64,000 nucleotides of DNA from Elusimicrobiota bacterium (lineage in GTDB: Bacteria > Elusimicrobiota > Elusimicrobia > UBA1565), in NCBI GenBank assembly GCA_043819795.1, contig JBDREN010000218.1:1-64000 (forward strand), in the 5' to 3' direction. The notes under the pieces are model-generated. The model was given only the letters and a program-made list of their open reading frames with translations. It was not told the DNA's origin and made no database searches. Shown here piece after piece: positions 1 through 13,400 of the stretch (its first letter is position 1; each line of letters opens with the position of its first letter). Made by a program: the position numbers and the translations under genes.

Positions 1-3000
1 GCCCTGTCGGCGGCCTACGCCAACGGGGTCTCCTACGCGGTCTTCGCGAGGGTGCGCGACGCGGCGGGCAACTGGACCGGCGACGTGAGCGACTACAACA
101 GCCCGGGCGTGATCAGGAAGAACTTCGTCTACGACGACATCCTTCCGGCCTCCGGCATCGAGGCGCCCAGCCAGGGCGCGTACAACGAGACTCTGACGGT
201 CTTGTCCGGGACCGCGGCGGATATCGGCGCGGGCAGCTCCGGGGTGGCGCTGGTGAAGGTCGCGGTCCGCAAAGGCGTGTCCTGGTGGAACTTCACGGAC
301 GACTCGGGATTCACCCTCACATCGGCCGACGAGATTGGGGGCGGCGCATGGGGCGAGGCCGTGCTGGCCCAGGACGATCCGGTGCGCTGCCTGAGCGGGA
401 CCGGGAACTATTGCTGGACCCTGGCCTTCTCTACGTCGCGCTACGTGGCCGGACTGGACTACCAGGTGGTGGCGCGGGCCCAGGACGAGGCCACCAACAT
501 CGTGGACACCGCGCCGGGAGGAGGCGACGGGTTCACCTTCCGGTTCGATAACCTGGAGCCGGTGGTCAAGTCCACCGGCCCGGCCGACGGCGCCTATGTG
601 AACGCGGCGGCGCTGGGGGCTCTGGCCGGTACGGCGGACGATGCGGCCACCGGGAACTCCGGCCTGCAGACGGTCGAGGTCCTGCTCAAGATTGAGACTC
701 TCGAGGCCACGTGGAAGGGCACTTACGTCGGGACGTTCGCCGGCGATTGGGAGACCGGCAGCCCGGCCAAGTACGCGCAGTGGCAGGCGGTCAGCGGGGG
801 GTTGAGCCAGTGGGCCAGGGCCTTCCCGAGCCTCGGCGACCTGGACTCGCGGCGCTTCCGGCTGTGGGCCCGGACCACGGACGGGGCCGGCAACCAGACG
901 GCCGCGCCGAGCGACGCGCAGATCAATGACGACCAGGACCCGGACAGCGGCCCGGCGTGGTCGTTCACCTACGACAACTCGGCGCCGGTCTCCGTACCGA
1001 CGTACCCGCCGGCCCTGACGACCTTCGTCCCGACCCACATCGAGGGCACGGCCGAGGAGTCGTTCCCGGACCGCCAGCCGAGCGGCATCAACCAGCTGTT
1101 CCTGAGGTACAAGCGGTCCAGCGGGGAGTTCTGGAACCTCATGAGCGGGGCATGGGGCGCGGAGCAGCTCTTGTCGCCGGTGGGCTGGGACAGCAACATC
1201 AGCCCGTGGGCCTTCGCGGGCCTGCCTCCGGCGGCTTTCTCGGAAGGCTACCGATATTGGGTCAACTCTTCCGCCACCGACGTGGCCGGCAACGAGGAAA
1301 CGGCCTTCTCGACCCACACGTTCATCGTGGACCGCACCACGCCCGTCGCGAAGGTGACGTTCCCCGCGCACAACGGTTTCGCGGGAGCCGGGGAGCTCTC
1401 GATCCAGGGCACGGCGGACGATATGTACTGCGCCCTGGTGGCCGGGTCCTGCCCCGGGGCCGGGGGCCGGGACTTCCAGGCGGGGATCGAGCCCTCCAGC
1501 GTGACGATCGCCCTCCAGGACCTCACGTATCCCAGCACGTGGTGGAACGGCGCGGCGTGGCAAGACTCGGCCGGGCCGATCTGGTCCACGGCCGCGTTCG
1601 TGGGCGACTCGAGCGGGACCTGGACCTATCCGCTGCCGGCCGGGACGCTGGAGGACCTCAAGACCTACGAGATCGCGGCCCGGGCCAAGGACCGCGCGGG
1701 TTTCCAGCAGGTGGTCATCGCGTCGAACGCCTTCTCGGGCGACTTCTCCGGGCCGAGCTCGGTGGTGACGTTCCCGCCGCACGGCACCGAGCAGGAGTAC
1801 ATCAACCAGATCCAGGGCACGGCGTTGGACGTGGGGGCCGCGGGCATCGACACGGTCTATGTGGCGTATTACCGCGGCGTGTCCGGCAAATGGTGGAACA
1901 AATCCACGATGGAATTCACTCTGGACAGCGACGCCCAGGACAAGCCCATAGACCCGCCCGGCCCCGGATCGAACTATTGGGTGGCGGCGAGCACCGACAA
2001 CCAGAGTCCGGTCAACTGGTCCGTCACGGGCGTCTCGACCCCCGCGTACGTTTCGGGCCAATCCTACCACGCCCTGGTGGCAGCCGTGGACAAGGGCCTC
2101 AACCTCGAATCGCGCCCGAGCGCGGCCGTCGCGGACACCAACAGGGTGGAGTTCACGTACACGGCGCCGAAGCCGACCTCCCGCATCCAGGCGCCGGCCG
2201 GCGACGGCCACTTCGTCCCGCTGCAGGCGATGCTCTCCGGGACGGCCAACGACCTGTCCACCGGCGAGGAAGTGCGCGTCAAGGACATCACGAACGCGGA
2301 CAGCCACCTGGTCTGGGACGCGTTCAATTGGGTGAGCACGGCCGCGTTCAACGGCTTCCTGACGGCCGGCTACACGGACAACGGTCAGGGCAACGACGAC
2401 TTCTGGAACTACACGGTGCCGCCGGGCTCGTGGACGGTCAACGGGGCCTTCCGCAAGTTCCAGCTGGAGGCCCGCGCCACGGGCGTCCCGACCGAGAGCC
2501 CGCCGCAGGGCCCCGTGGCGTTCTTCGTGGACGACGCCTCGCCGCAGGGCGCGGTCACGATGCCGGACAAGAGCCATAAGAACAGCCTGGCCGCGCTGTC
2601 GGGCACGGCCACGGACAACGCGGACGGGGACCCGACCTCGGACAAGAGGGTCTATTTCCGCCTCAAGCGCAACGAGGACGGGAACTACTGGGATCACCTG
2701 GCCGCGGATTTCGCGGCCACGGCCGTCAACTGCGTGAGCGCCACGGACGACACCTGCGCTTCAGGCACGGACCTCGGCGGCGGGGCGTTCCGGGTGACGC
2801 ACGCGAAATTCTCCGACGGCACGGCCTTCGACGCGGACAAGCTCTACACCGTCGAGCTGGTGATCAAGGACAAGGCGGGCAACTACGTGACGCTGACGAA
2901 GTCGTTCACGTGGGACCTGGCGGCTCCGGCGGCCGGGATCGTGGAGCCCAGCGGGGCCCAGCCCATCAACGCGCTGAGCGCCTTGACGGGCACGGCCTTC

Positions 3001-6000
3001 GACTTCCACTCGATGTTCCATTCCAGCGTGTCTCTGCGCAGCGTGGCGAAGGACAAGTGCTATAACGGGTCGGGCGCGTTCAATCGCATCTGCCCCTACT
3101 GGCTGGCGACGTCGTCTGACGCGAGCGCGAACTGGACCTATACGGACGCGTTCCTGAACACGACCTTGTCGGCGGTGAACACGCACTACGTGCTGCTGGT
3201 GAAGGCCATCGACACGGCCCGCAACGAGCAGGCCGGCTTCACGGCGGGCGTCTCGTCGCGTACCTTCCTCTTCGACTCGGCCCCGCCGTCGGCCGGCCTC
3301 ACCTTCCCGGCGGACGGGGGGTACTACCAGAGCGGCGGGGTCAGCGGGGTGGCCAACCCGATCTCAGGCACGGCGGTGGATCCGAACGCGCCTTGGGCCG
3401 CGGGGATGCGGAGGGTGGATATCCGGATCTCGTACCTGTCGGGGGGCGACACGTATTACTGGCTGCCGGGCCCGCAGGTGTTCTCTTCGGGGACGGTGGC
3501 CGACAACGGCTACTTCGACACGGGGGCGGAGACCTTCCCGTGGGACTACTCGAGCCCGGTGGGCTGGCTCGCGGTCGACACTCGGTACAAGGCGGAGGTC
3601 CGGGGCGAGGACGGTTCCTATCTGGCGGACGGGACGGAGCCCGGGAACCGGAGCGTGCCGGCCACGCCCGGGAAGGACGTCGCGACTTTCGTCATAGACG
3701 ACACGGAGCCCGCGATGGCGGTGCAGGAGCCGGCGGACACGGCGATCAAGACGCTGGCGACGATATCGGGGACGGCGAACGCGGACCTCTCGGGACTCGA
3801 CAAGGTGGAGGTACGCCTGCGGCGGATCGCCGGGGGGGCGGGCGACGAGGACTGGACCGGCTCGAGCTGGACGGCGCTCAACGACCACTACTCGACGGCG
3901 ACGGTGAGCGGGGTGAGCGGCGAGGTGACGTGGGAGTACGACGATATCCTCGGGGCCCTGCAGAACGACGAGGAGTACCGGCTGTACGTGCGCGTGACGG
4001 ACAGGTCGGGCAACGAGCGGACGCCTCCCGCCGGGGGCGACCTGCAGTTCGTGTACGACGACTCGTCGCCGGCGGCGGCGATCACGCGTCCTCCGGCGCC
4101 GTTGCCGGCGCCGGACCCGCCGCCGTACTCGAACGCGGGGGTGTCGACGCGGAAGCTGGACGCGGCGAACCCGATCTCGGGGACGGCGTCGGAGGCGGCG
4201 GGGGCGCAGCAGTCGGGGCTCGACGAGATCTGGGTGGCGATCTCGTCGGGGTCCGGGGCCTCGCGGATGTGGTGGAGCACGTCCACGCTGTCGTTTGGCG
4301 TGGGGCCGCAGGCGCAGATCCACTGGTCGAGCCGGGTGGTGACGGGAGCGGCGTGGAGCTACGGCGACGCCGCGCTCAACACGGCCTTCTCCAACGGGGT
4401 GTCCTACGCGGTGTTCCTGCGGGTGCGGGACGGCGCGGGGAACTGGATCGGGGACGTGGCCAACTACAACTCCCCCGGGGTGCTCACGAAGAACTTCCGT
4501 TATGACGACGCGGTCCCGGATGCGGCGATCGAAGCCCCGAGCCAGGCGGCCCATAGGGAGACGCTGACGGTGCTCTCGGGCACGGCGGCGGACGTGGGGC
4601 CGGGTAACTCGGGCGCGGACCTGGTGAAGGTGGCGGTGCGGGACGTGGGGGCGGACCGGTGGTGGGACTTCGGGGAGAACGACGCCTTCGACCTCGCCAC
4701 AGCCGAGATCGACGGGCCCGCGTGGGGTCTGGCGACCTTGGCGCAGAATGACCCCGCGCGCTGCCAGAGCGGGACCGGGAGCTACTGCTGGACCCTCGCG
4801 TTCTCGACCTCGCGCTACGTGGCGAGCTTCCAGTACCAGGTGGTGGCGCGCGCCCAGGACGAGGCGACGAACATCCTGGCCACCGACCCGGGAGGCGGCG
4901 AGGGGTTCACCTTCCGGTTCGACAACCTGGCGCCGGTGGTGAAGTCGACCGGTCCGCCCGACAACGCCTATGTGAACGCGGCGGGCCTGGGGGCCCTGGC
5001 GGGCACGTCGGACGATTCGCTGACGGGCGACTCGGGAGTGCAGACCGTTGAGGTCCTGCTCAAGCTGGAGAGTCTGGAGGCCACGTGGAAGGGGAGCTAC
5101 GTCGGCACCTACTACGGAGACTGGGACGACGACCCCGGCACCAAGTACACGCGATGGCACACGGTCGGCGGCGGTGTGGCGGAGTGGTCGAAGGCGTTCC
5201 CGGGCCTGGGCGACATGGACTCGCGGCGGTTGCGGCTGTGGGTGCGGGCCGCGGACGCCGCGGGCAACCAGACGGCCACGCCGAGCGACGCGCAGATCGG
5301 CGACGACGAGAATGCCGACAGCAGCCCGGCGTGGACGTTCACCTACGATAACTCGCCGCCGGTGTCGGCGGCCGACTACCCGCCGCCGCTGACGGCCTAC
5401 GTGCCGACGTACGTGGGCGGGACGGCGCAGGAGTCGCTCCCGGCGCGGGAGCCGAGCGGGATCAACCAGATGCGGCTGAAGCTCAAGCGGTCCGACAACA
5501 AGTTCTGGAGCCTGGTCAACAGCGACTGGGACGGCTCAGACTCGTTCGCGCCGCAGAGCTGGGACAGCAACGTGAGCCCCTGGGCCTTTACCGGGTTCTC
5601 GGGCGACACGTTCGAGGACGGCTACAAGTACTGGGTCAACTCGTCGGCCGTGGACGTGGCGGGCAACGAGGAGACGGCGTTCTCGACCTATACGTTCATC
5701 GTGGACTACACGAGCCCCACCGCCGTCGTGACCGTGCCCGCGGACGGCGGGTTCGCAGGCGCGGGGGCGATCGCGGTCTCGGGCACGGCCGACGACCGGT
5801 ACTGCGCTCTGGTGGCCGGGTCCTGCCCGGGAGCGGGCGGCCGCGACTACCAGGCGGGGATCGCCCCCTCGAGCGTGACGATCGCGCTCAAGGACCTGAC
5901 CTATCCGAGCACGTGGTGGAACGGCGCGGCGTGGCAGGAGTCGGCCGGACCGATCTGGTCCACGGGCACCTTCGTCGGGGACTCGAGCGGGACCTGGGCG

Positions 6001-9000
6001 TACCTGCTCGCAGGGGGGGCGTTGGAGGACCTCAAGACCTACGAGATCGCGGCCCGGGGGAGGGACCGCGGCGGCCTCCGGCAGGTGGTCATCACATCCA
6101 ACACTTTCTCGGCGGACTTCTCGCCTCCGGAGTCGGTGGTGACCTTCCCCACGCACGGGTCCGAGCCGGAATCCATCGCGCAGGTCGAGGGTACGACCGC
6201 GGACGTGGGGGCCGCGGGCATCCTGCGGGTGTATGTGGCGTACTACCGCAACGCTTCCGGGCAGTGGTGGAACAAGGCCACGAAGGAATTCGACCTGCCC
6301 TCGGACGGCTCGGGCAAGCCGGTCGATCCGCCGGGGGCCGGCTCGAACTACTGGGTGGAAGCGAGCACGGACGCGCAGAGCCCGGTGAACTGGTCCGTCA
6401 CCGGCGTCTCGACCCCCGCGTTCGTGACGGCGCAGGCGTACCATATCCTGGCGGCGGCCGTGGACAAAGGCCTTACGCCCGAGGCGCGTCCGAGCGCGGC
6501 CGTCATCGATACCAACCGCGTGGAGTTCACCTTCACGGCTCCGGAGCCGGCCTCCCGGATACTGGAGCCGGACAGCGAGGACCACTTCATCGCCCTGCAG
6601 GTGACGCTGTCCGGCACGGCCAACGACCTGTCCACGGGCGAGGAGGTCCGCGTCAAGGACATCACCGACGCGGGCAGCCACCTGGTCTGGGACGCGTTCC
6701 ATTGGGTGAGCACGGCCGCGTTCCCCGGCTTCCTGTCGTGCGACTACGTCGACAACGGCCCGGGCTACGACAACGAATGGAGCTACACGGTGCCGTCGGA
6801 CTCGTGGACGGTCAACGGGGCCTTCCGCAAGTTCCAGCTGGAGGCCCGGGCCACGGGCACGCCGACCGAGGGCCCGCCACGGGGCCCGGTGGCGTTTTTC
6901 GTGGACGCTGTCCCGCCGCTGGGCGGGATCACGATGCCGGACAAGAGCTACAAGAACAGCCTGGCCGCTCTGTCGGGCACGGCGACGGACAACGCGGACG
7001 GGGAGCCCAGCTCGGACAAGAAGGTGTACTTCCGGGTGAAGCGCAACGAGGACGGCCTGTACTGGAGCTACACCGCGAAGCGTTTCGCGGCCACGGCCGT
7101 CAACTGCGTGAACGTGGCCGACGCGACATGCGGCCCGGGCACCGACCTCGGCGGGAACAGCTTCGAGGTGACGCACGCGAGCTTCACCGACGGCACGGCG
7201 TTCGAGCCCGGCAAGCTCTACACCGCCGAGCTGGTCGTCCGGGACAAGGCTCGCAACAGCGTGACGCCGGCGAAGCCCTTCACGTGGGACGTGGCGGCGC
7301 CGGCCGCGGGGATCGTGGAGCCCAGCGGGGCCCAGCCGATCAACGCATTGAGCGCCTTGACGGGCACGGCCTTCGACTTCCACTCGATGTTCCATTCCAG
7401 CGTGTCCCTGCGCAGCGTGGCGAAGGGCCAGTGCTACAACGGGGCGGGCGCGTTCAATCGCATCTGCCCCTACTGGCTGGCGACGTCGTCTGACGCGAGC
7501 GCGAACTGGACCTATACGGACGCGAACCTGAACACGTCGCTGTCGGCGGTGAACACGTACTACGTGCTGCTGGTGAAGGCGATCGACACGGCGGGCAACG
7601 AGCAGGCGGGCTTCACGGCGGGGGTGTCCTCGCGGACGTTCCTATTCGACACGGCGCCTCCGGACGTGAGCTTCACGTTCCCGGCGCATGGGGGGTACTA
7701 CAAGAGCGGGGAGATCAGCGGAGTCGCCAACCCGATCTCAGGCACGGCGGTGGACCCGAACGCGCCGTGGGCCTCGGGGATCCGGAACGAGGACGGCGTG
7801 GAGATCCGGATATCGCATCTATCCGGGGGCGACACGTACTACTGGCTGCCGGGCCCGGCGATGTTCTCGTCGGGGACGGTCCCGAACAACGGGTACTTCG
7901 ACACGGGGACGGAGCTCTTCCTGCCGTGGGACTACTCCAGCCCGGTGGGCTGGCTCTCCGCCGATACGCAGTACAAGGTGGAGGCGCGCGGGCAGGACGC
8001 GTCGTATCCGGCGGACGGCGCGGAGGAGGGGAACTGGAGCGCTCCGTCGACGTTGGGCGGGGACATCCGGACGTTCATCATCGACGATACGGCGCCGACG
8101 GTGGCGCTGCAGGAGCCGGCGGACACGGCGATCAAGACGCTGGCGACGATCTCGGGGACGGCGAACGCGGACCTCTCGGGTATCGACAAGGTGGAGGTCC
8201 GCCTGCGGCGGATCGCCGGGGGAGCGGGCGACGAGGACTGGACCGGCTCGAGCTGGACGGCGCTCAACGACCACTACTCGACGGCGACGGTGAGCGGGGT
8301 GAGCGGCGAGGTGACGTGGGAGTACGACGATATCGGCGGGGCCCTGCAGAACGACGAGGAGTACCGGCTGTACGTGCGCGTGACGGACAGGTCGGGCAAC
8401 GAGCGGACGCCTCCCGCCGGGGGCGACCTGCAGTTCGCCTACGACGACGCCTTGCCCACGGCGGCGATCACGCGTCCTCCGGCGCCGTTGCCGGCGCCGG
8501 GCCCGCCTCCGTACTCGAACGCGGGGGTATCCACGCGGAAGCTGGACGCGGCGAACCCGATCTCGGGGACGGCGTCGGAGGCGGCGGGGGCGCAGCAGTC
8601 GGGGCTCGAAGAGATCTGGGTGGCGATCTCGTCGGGCTCCGGGGGGGCGACGATGTGGTGGAGCACGTCGACGCTCTCGTTCAGCGTGGGGCCGCAGGTC
8701 CAGATCCACTGGTCGAGCCGGGTGGTTACGGGGGCGGCGTGGAGCTACAGCGATCCCGCTCTCAACACGGCCTTCTCCAACGGGGTGTCCTACGCGGTGT
8801 TCCTGAGGGTGGGGGACGGCGCGGGGAACTGGACCGGCGACGTGATCAACTACAACAGCCCGGGTGTGATCACTCAGAATTTCGTGTTCGACGACGTCGC
8901 CCCGGATGCCGTGGTGGAGGCTCCCAACCAGCTCAATCACAACGAGACCCTGACGGTCCTGTCCGGGACCGCGGCCGACGCGGGACAAGGCGGCTCCGGG

Positions 9001-10460
9001 GTCGATAAGGTGAAGGTCGCTGTCCGCGAGGGATCCTTCTGGTGGAACTTCAACGACAATTTGGGATTCACCGTCGCCTCACCCGATGTCGGGGGCGACG
9101 CGTGGGGCGAAGCCGTCCTGTTTCAGGACGACTCGCCGCGCTGCCTGACCAATACGGACAACTACTGCTGGTCCCTGGCGTTCTCGACCTCGCGCTACGT
9201 GGCGAGCTTCCAGTACCAGGTGGTGGCGCGCGCCCAGGACGAGGCGACGAACATCCTGGACACCCCCCCGGGAGGCGGCGAGGGGTTCACCTTCCGGTTC
9301 GACAACCTGGCTCCGGTCGTCGTGGCCACGGCCCCGGCGGACAACGCCTATCTGAACGCGGCCACGTTGGGCGCCCTGGCCGGTACCGCGGACGACGCGG
9401 CCAGGGGGGGCTCCGGCATGCAGACGGTGGAGGTGATGCTCAAGCTGGAGACGATCGAGGCCACGTGGAAGGGAAGCTACGTCGGGACCTACGACGGGGA
9501 CTGGGACGACGACCCCGGCACCAAGTACACGCAGTGGCAGCCGGTCGGCGGGCTGACCGAATGGTCGAAGGCGCTTCCGGGCCTGGGCGACGTGGACTCG
9601 CGGCGCTTGCGGCTGTGGGTGCGGGCCGCGGACGCGGCTGTTAACCGGACGCCCACGCCGAGCGACGCGCAGATCGACGACGATAAGGATCCCGACAGCA
9701 GCCCGGCCCGGACCTTCACCTACGACAACTCGCCTCCGGTCTCGGCGCCCGACTTCCCGCCGCGGTACGTGAGCTACATCCCGACATATATAGGAGGGAT
9801 GGCCGAGGAGGCGTTCCCGACCCGCGAGCCGAGCGGGATCAACCAGATGCGGCTGAAGCTCAAGCGGTCCGACGGCAATTTCTGGAGCCTGCTGAACTGG
9901 AACTGGTTCGGATCGGACTCCTTCGCGCGGCAGAGCTGGGACAGCAACATCAGCCCGTGGGCCTTCACCGGCTTCCCGCTCGCGGAGCCCAGAGCCTTCC
10001 AGGACGGCTACGAGTACACGGTCAACTCCTCGGCCATCGACGTGGCGCTCAACGTCGAGACGGCCTTCTCCACCCATACGTTCATCGTGGACCTGACCAC
10101 GCCGGCGGCGCGGGTGGTGTTCCCGCCCGACGGCGGCTTCGCGAACGCGGAGTTGACGGAGATCACGGGCACGGCGGACGACCGCTACTGCGAGCTGGTG
10201 GCGGGCTCCTGCCCGGGCGCCGCCGGCCGGGACTTCCAGGCCGGCATGGACGTATCGAGCGTGGCCGTCACGATCCAGGAGATCGACGGGGCCAACGACT
10301 ACTACTGGAACGGCAGCGCCTTCTCCTCGGCGGAGCCGGTCTGGTCCGCGGCCGGGTTCGCGGGCGATTCGAGCGGGACCTGGAGCTACGCCTTCTCGGC
10401 CGCCAACCTCACCAGCCCCCGGGAGTACAACGTCTCGGCCCGGGCCAAGGACCGCGCCGG
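1..10460 (+). repeat. Intragenic tandem supermodule repeat, period ~4.37-4.39 kb (copies start at ~1, 4372, 8758); ~11 Ig-like modules per unit
   Basis: The same motif recurs at 1, 4372 and 8758. Near-identical DNA at ~3722-4050 vs ~8108-8436, ~2930-3150 vs ~7302-7525, and 4801-4879 vs 9181-9259. Confidence 0.93.
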
Positions 10461-13400
10461 CAACCTCCAGATCAGCGTCACCACGATCACGTTCCTCTAC
10501 GACGTGAGCGCGCCGGTCTCGCTGGCCACCGCGCCGGTCGGCGTAGTGGACGGCATCCCGGGGATCGTGGGTACGGCCAGCGACGCGGCGCCGGGCGACA
10601 TGAACGTCGTGTCCTTGCGGATCTACGAGGCCGAATGCGAAGATCCGGACGGGATATGCAACACGCTCAAGTATTGGAACGGCTACGCGTGGCAGCCCGA
10701 CGAGGTCTGGCTGGATTCCGCCACCATCACCGGGGACCTGAGCGGCGGCTCCTGCGACGCGGGCGAGACCTGCGCGTTCCGCTTCGACGCCTCCGGGGTC
10801 AAGTGGGACAACCAGTCGACTTTCACGGTGACGGCCGCGGCCGTGGACCTGGCCGGCAACCGCGAGGCCACCCACCCCGTGGTGGACATCACCTTCAAGC
10901 TCGAGACCCCGGAGGCCACGTTCGCCATGGCCCAGCCGGGCGCGCCGGACGACCGGCACTACAAGTCCTCGGCCCTGGGCATCAACACGATCCAGGGGAC
11001 CGGGACGAACATGCGCGTCCCGGTCGAGGGCCATGGGGCGCGGATCGCGCTCAGACGGCTTAGGGAGCCCACCAGTTACTGGTTCGACGGGACCGCGAGC
11101 TGGGTCAACGACGCCTCCACCTTCACGCCCGTCAACATCGTGGACGGCGGCCCGCAGAGCCTGAGCAAGAGCCTGAGCTCGCCCTACGTCGTGGACAACG
11201 CCTCCTACACGCTGACGGTGACGCCGATCAACGCGGCCAACCAGCCCGGCGTGGTCCGGTCGCGGCGGTTCATCGTGGACGACACGATGCCGCTCGGCCA
11301 GATCACATCCCCTCTGCCGAGCGTGTGCGCCGGGTTCCAGGCCTGCCTGAACGGCCTGCCGATCCTCGCCGGCACCGCGACCGATCCGGGCACCCCCAAG
11401 CCGCCGACGATCAGCCAGCCGGCGATCCAGATCCGCTTCAAGAACAACAAGGACGAGACCTACTGGGACCCGGACGCGGTGGCCTTCAGCGCGGGCATCA
11501 CGCAATTCCAGCCGGGCGGCTTCATCAATCCCGGCGGGGCGGCGCCGGTGTTCAGCTGGAGCACGACGACTCTGGTCGGCCCGGCCCTCCGGGACGGCAT
11601 CGACTACACGGTCCTGGCCCATGCGGCCGACCTCGCGGGTAACGACGAGTCCGACGAGAACCTGATGGCCCGCTTCACCTTCCTCTACGACACGGGCACC
11701 CCCACCGGCTTCCTCGTGCGGCCTTCCTCGGGGCACGTCTACCTGAACCTCTCGCAGATCACCGGCACGTCCTCCGACCCGGACGGCGTCTACAACACCC
11801 AGAAGTCCGGCGTGGACCGCGTGGAGATCGAGATCAGGGACGAGGAGCTCGACACCTGCTGGTCGGAGGCGGACGAGAAGTTCCTGGCCTGCCCCCACTT
11901 CGAGCCGGCCACCGACGTCGACCCCTGGATCTACGCGCACGCGAGCCTGACCGGGACGCTCAAGAACGGCAAGCGCTACGTCATCAGGGCGCGGGCGGTG
12001 GACGCCGCGGGCAACGCGCAGGCGGCGTTCCTCGTGCCGGCTTCGAGCCGGACGATATCCGTTGACAAGACCCCGCCGAGCGGGGCCATCGCGAAGCCGG
12101 TGGCGGGAGAGGCCTACCTGCCGGGCGAGCTCACGGGCGGCAACGCCCTGCTCGGGACGGCCTCCGACCCGGAGGCGTTCCTGTACCCGGGCCAGGACGC
12201 CCTGGACGCGGTCGAGATCGTGCTGTGGTATCTCGACGGGGGGACTAGCCACTACTACACGGGCGTGACCCAGCCGGACTTGACGAAGTTCTCCTCGGAC
12301 ACGACCGAGACGGCCGAGTGGTTCGCCGACTTCTCCGCCAGCACGGCCTCGTGGCGGTTCTTCTTCGACGGAGACGACTGGATCTCCGACAAGCGGTACT
12401 TCGTCAAGGTCCGCGCGCGCGACAAGGCGCGCGACGCCGGCGAGACGATCGTCGGCAACCTATCGAGCGTGTTCACTCCCGGCGTGAGCCTCGTGGACTT
12501 CATCGTCGACGTCACGACGCCGGAGGCCCAGGTGACGCAGCCGGCCCACGGCGCCTTCATCCAGAACCTCGACAACGTCCAGGGGACGGCGAACGCGGAC
12601 CTCGCGGGAGCGGACCAGTACTTCCTGCGCATCACGACGGGCCCGGTCGGGGCCGAGGGCTGGTGGGACGGCTCCGCGTGGTCGACGACCCCGACCGACC
12701 TGCCGGTGGAGGTCCTCGGCTCCTCGGGGTCGATGGTGTGGCGGTATCCCGGCAACCTGCTCGGGCAGAACGCGCCTACGGTCGTGGAGGCGGAGGGCAC
12801 CCCCTACGGCATCTCGATTCAGGTCCGCGACCGCGCCGGCACCCTTTCGGCGGGGGCGACGACGGTCGTGAACCTCGACCGCATCGGCCCGATCGTCTCG
12901 ATCTCCACGCCTTTGGCGGCCCCGGGCAACTACTACGGTCCCGCTCGGGACCTGACCGCCCTGAGGGGCAACACCTCGGACTCGCCGGCGGGCGTGGAGC
13001 GCGTCGAGGTGGAGGTCCGCAACCTCGACGACGTCACCTTCTGGCACGTGGGCTCCAGCGCCTGGGTCGGCGTGTCGAGCTACTCCGTGGCCAACGCCAC
13101 CAACCCCTGGATCCTTCCTGCTCCCGCGTGGGTCGCGAACAAATCTTACAAGCTCGTCGTCCGCGGCTTCGACACGGCCGGCAACCCCTCCCCGAGCTCG
13201 GTGGAGCGCAACTTCCGCTACGACGTGAACAAGCCCTCGAGCTCGATCCTCGCGCCGAGCGCGGCGCTCTATCCGGCCGGCGAGCCGGCGACCCTCTCCG
13301 GCACGGCCGAGGACTGGGTCTCCGGAGCGCCGGAGAGCATGTCGGGCCTGCTGCGCGTGGAGATCGCCGTCCAGGAGCCCGACAGCGACTACTGGCAGGG

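Noticed and set aside
52..54. GTG at 52 as the start of the giant protein
   Set aside because: The frame is open to base 1 and continues the repeat unit; no signal peptide or RBS is present.
1..10460. DGR template/variable repeat pair
   Set aside because: Differences between copies are not adenine-specific and no reverse transcriptase is in the window.
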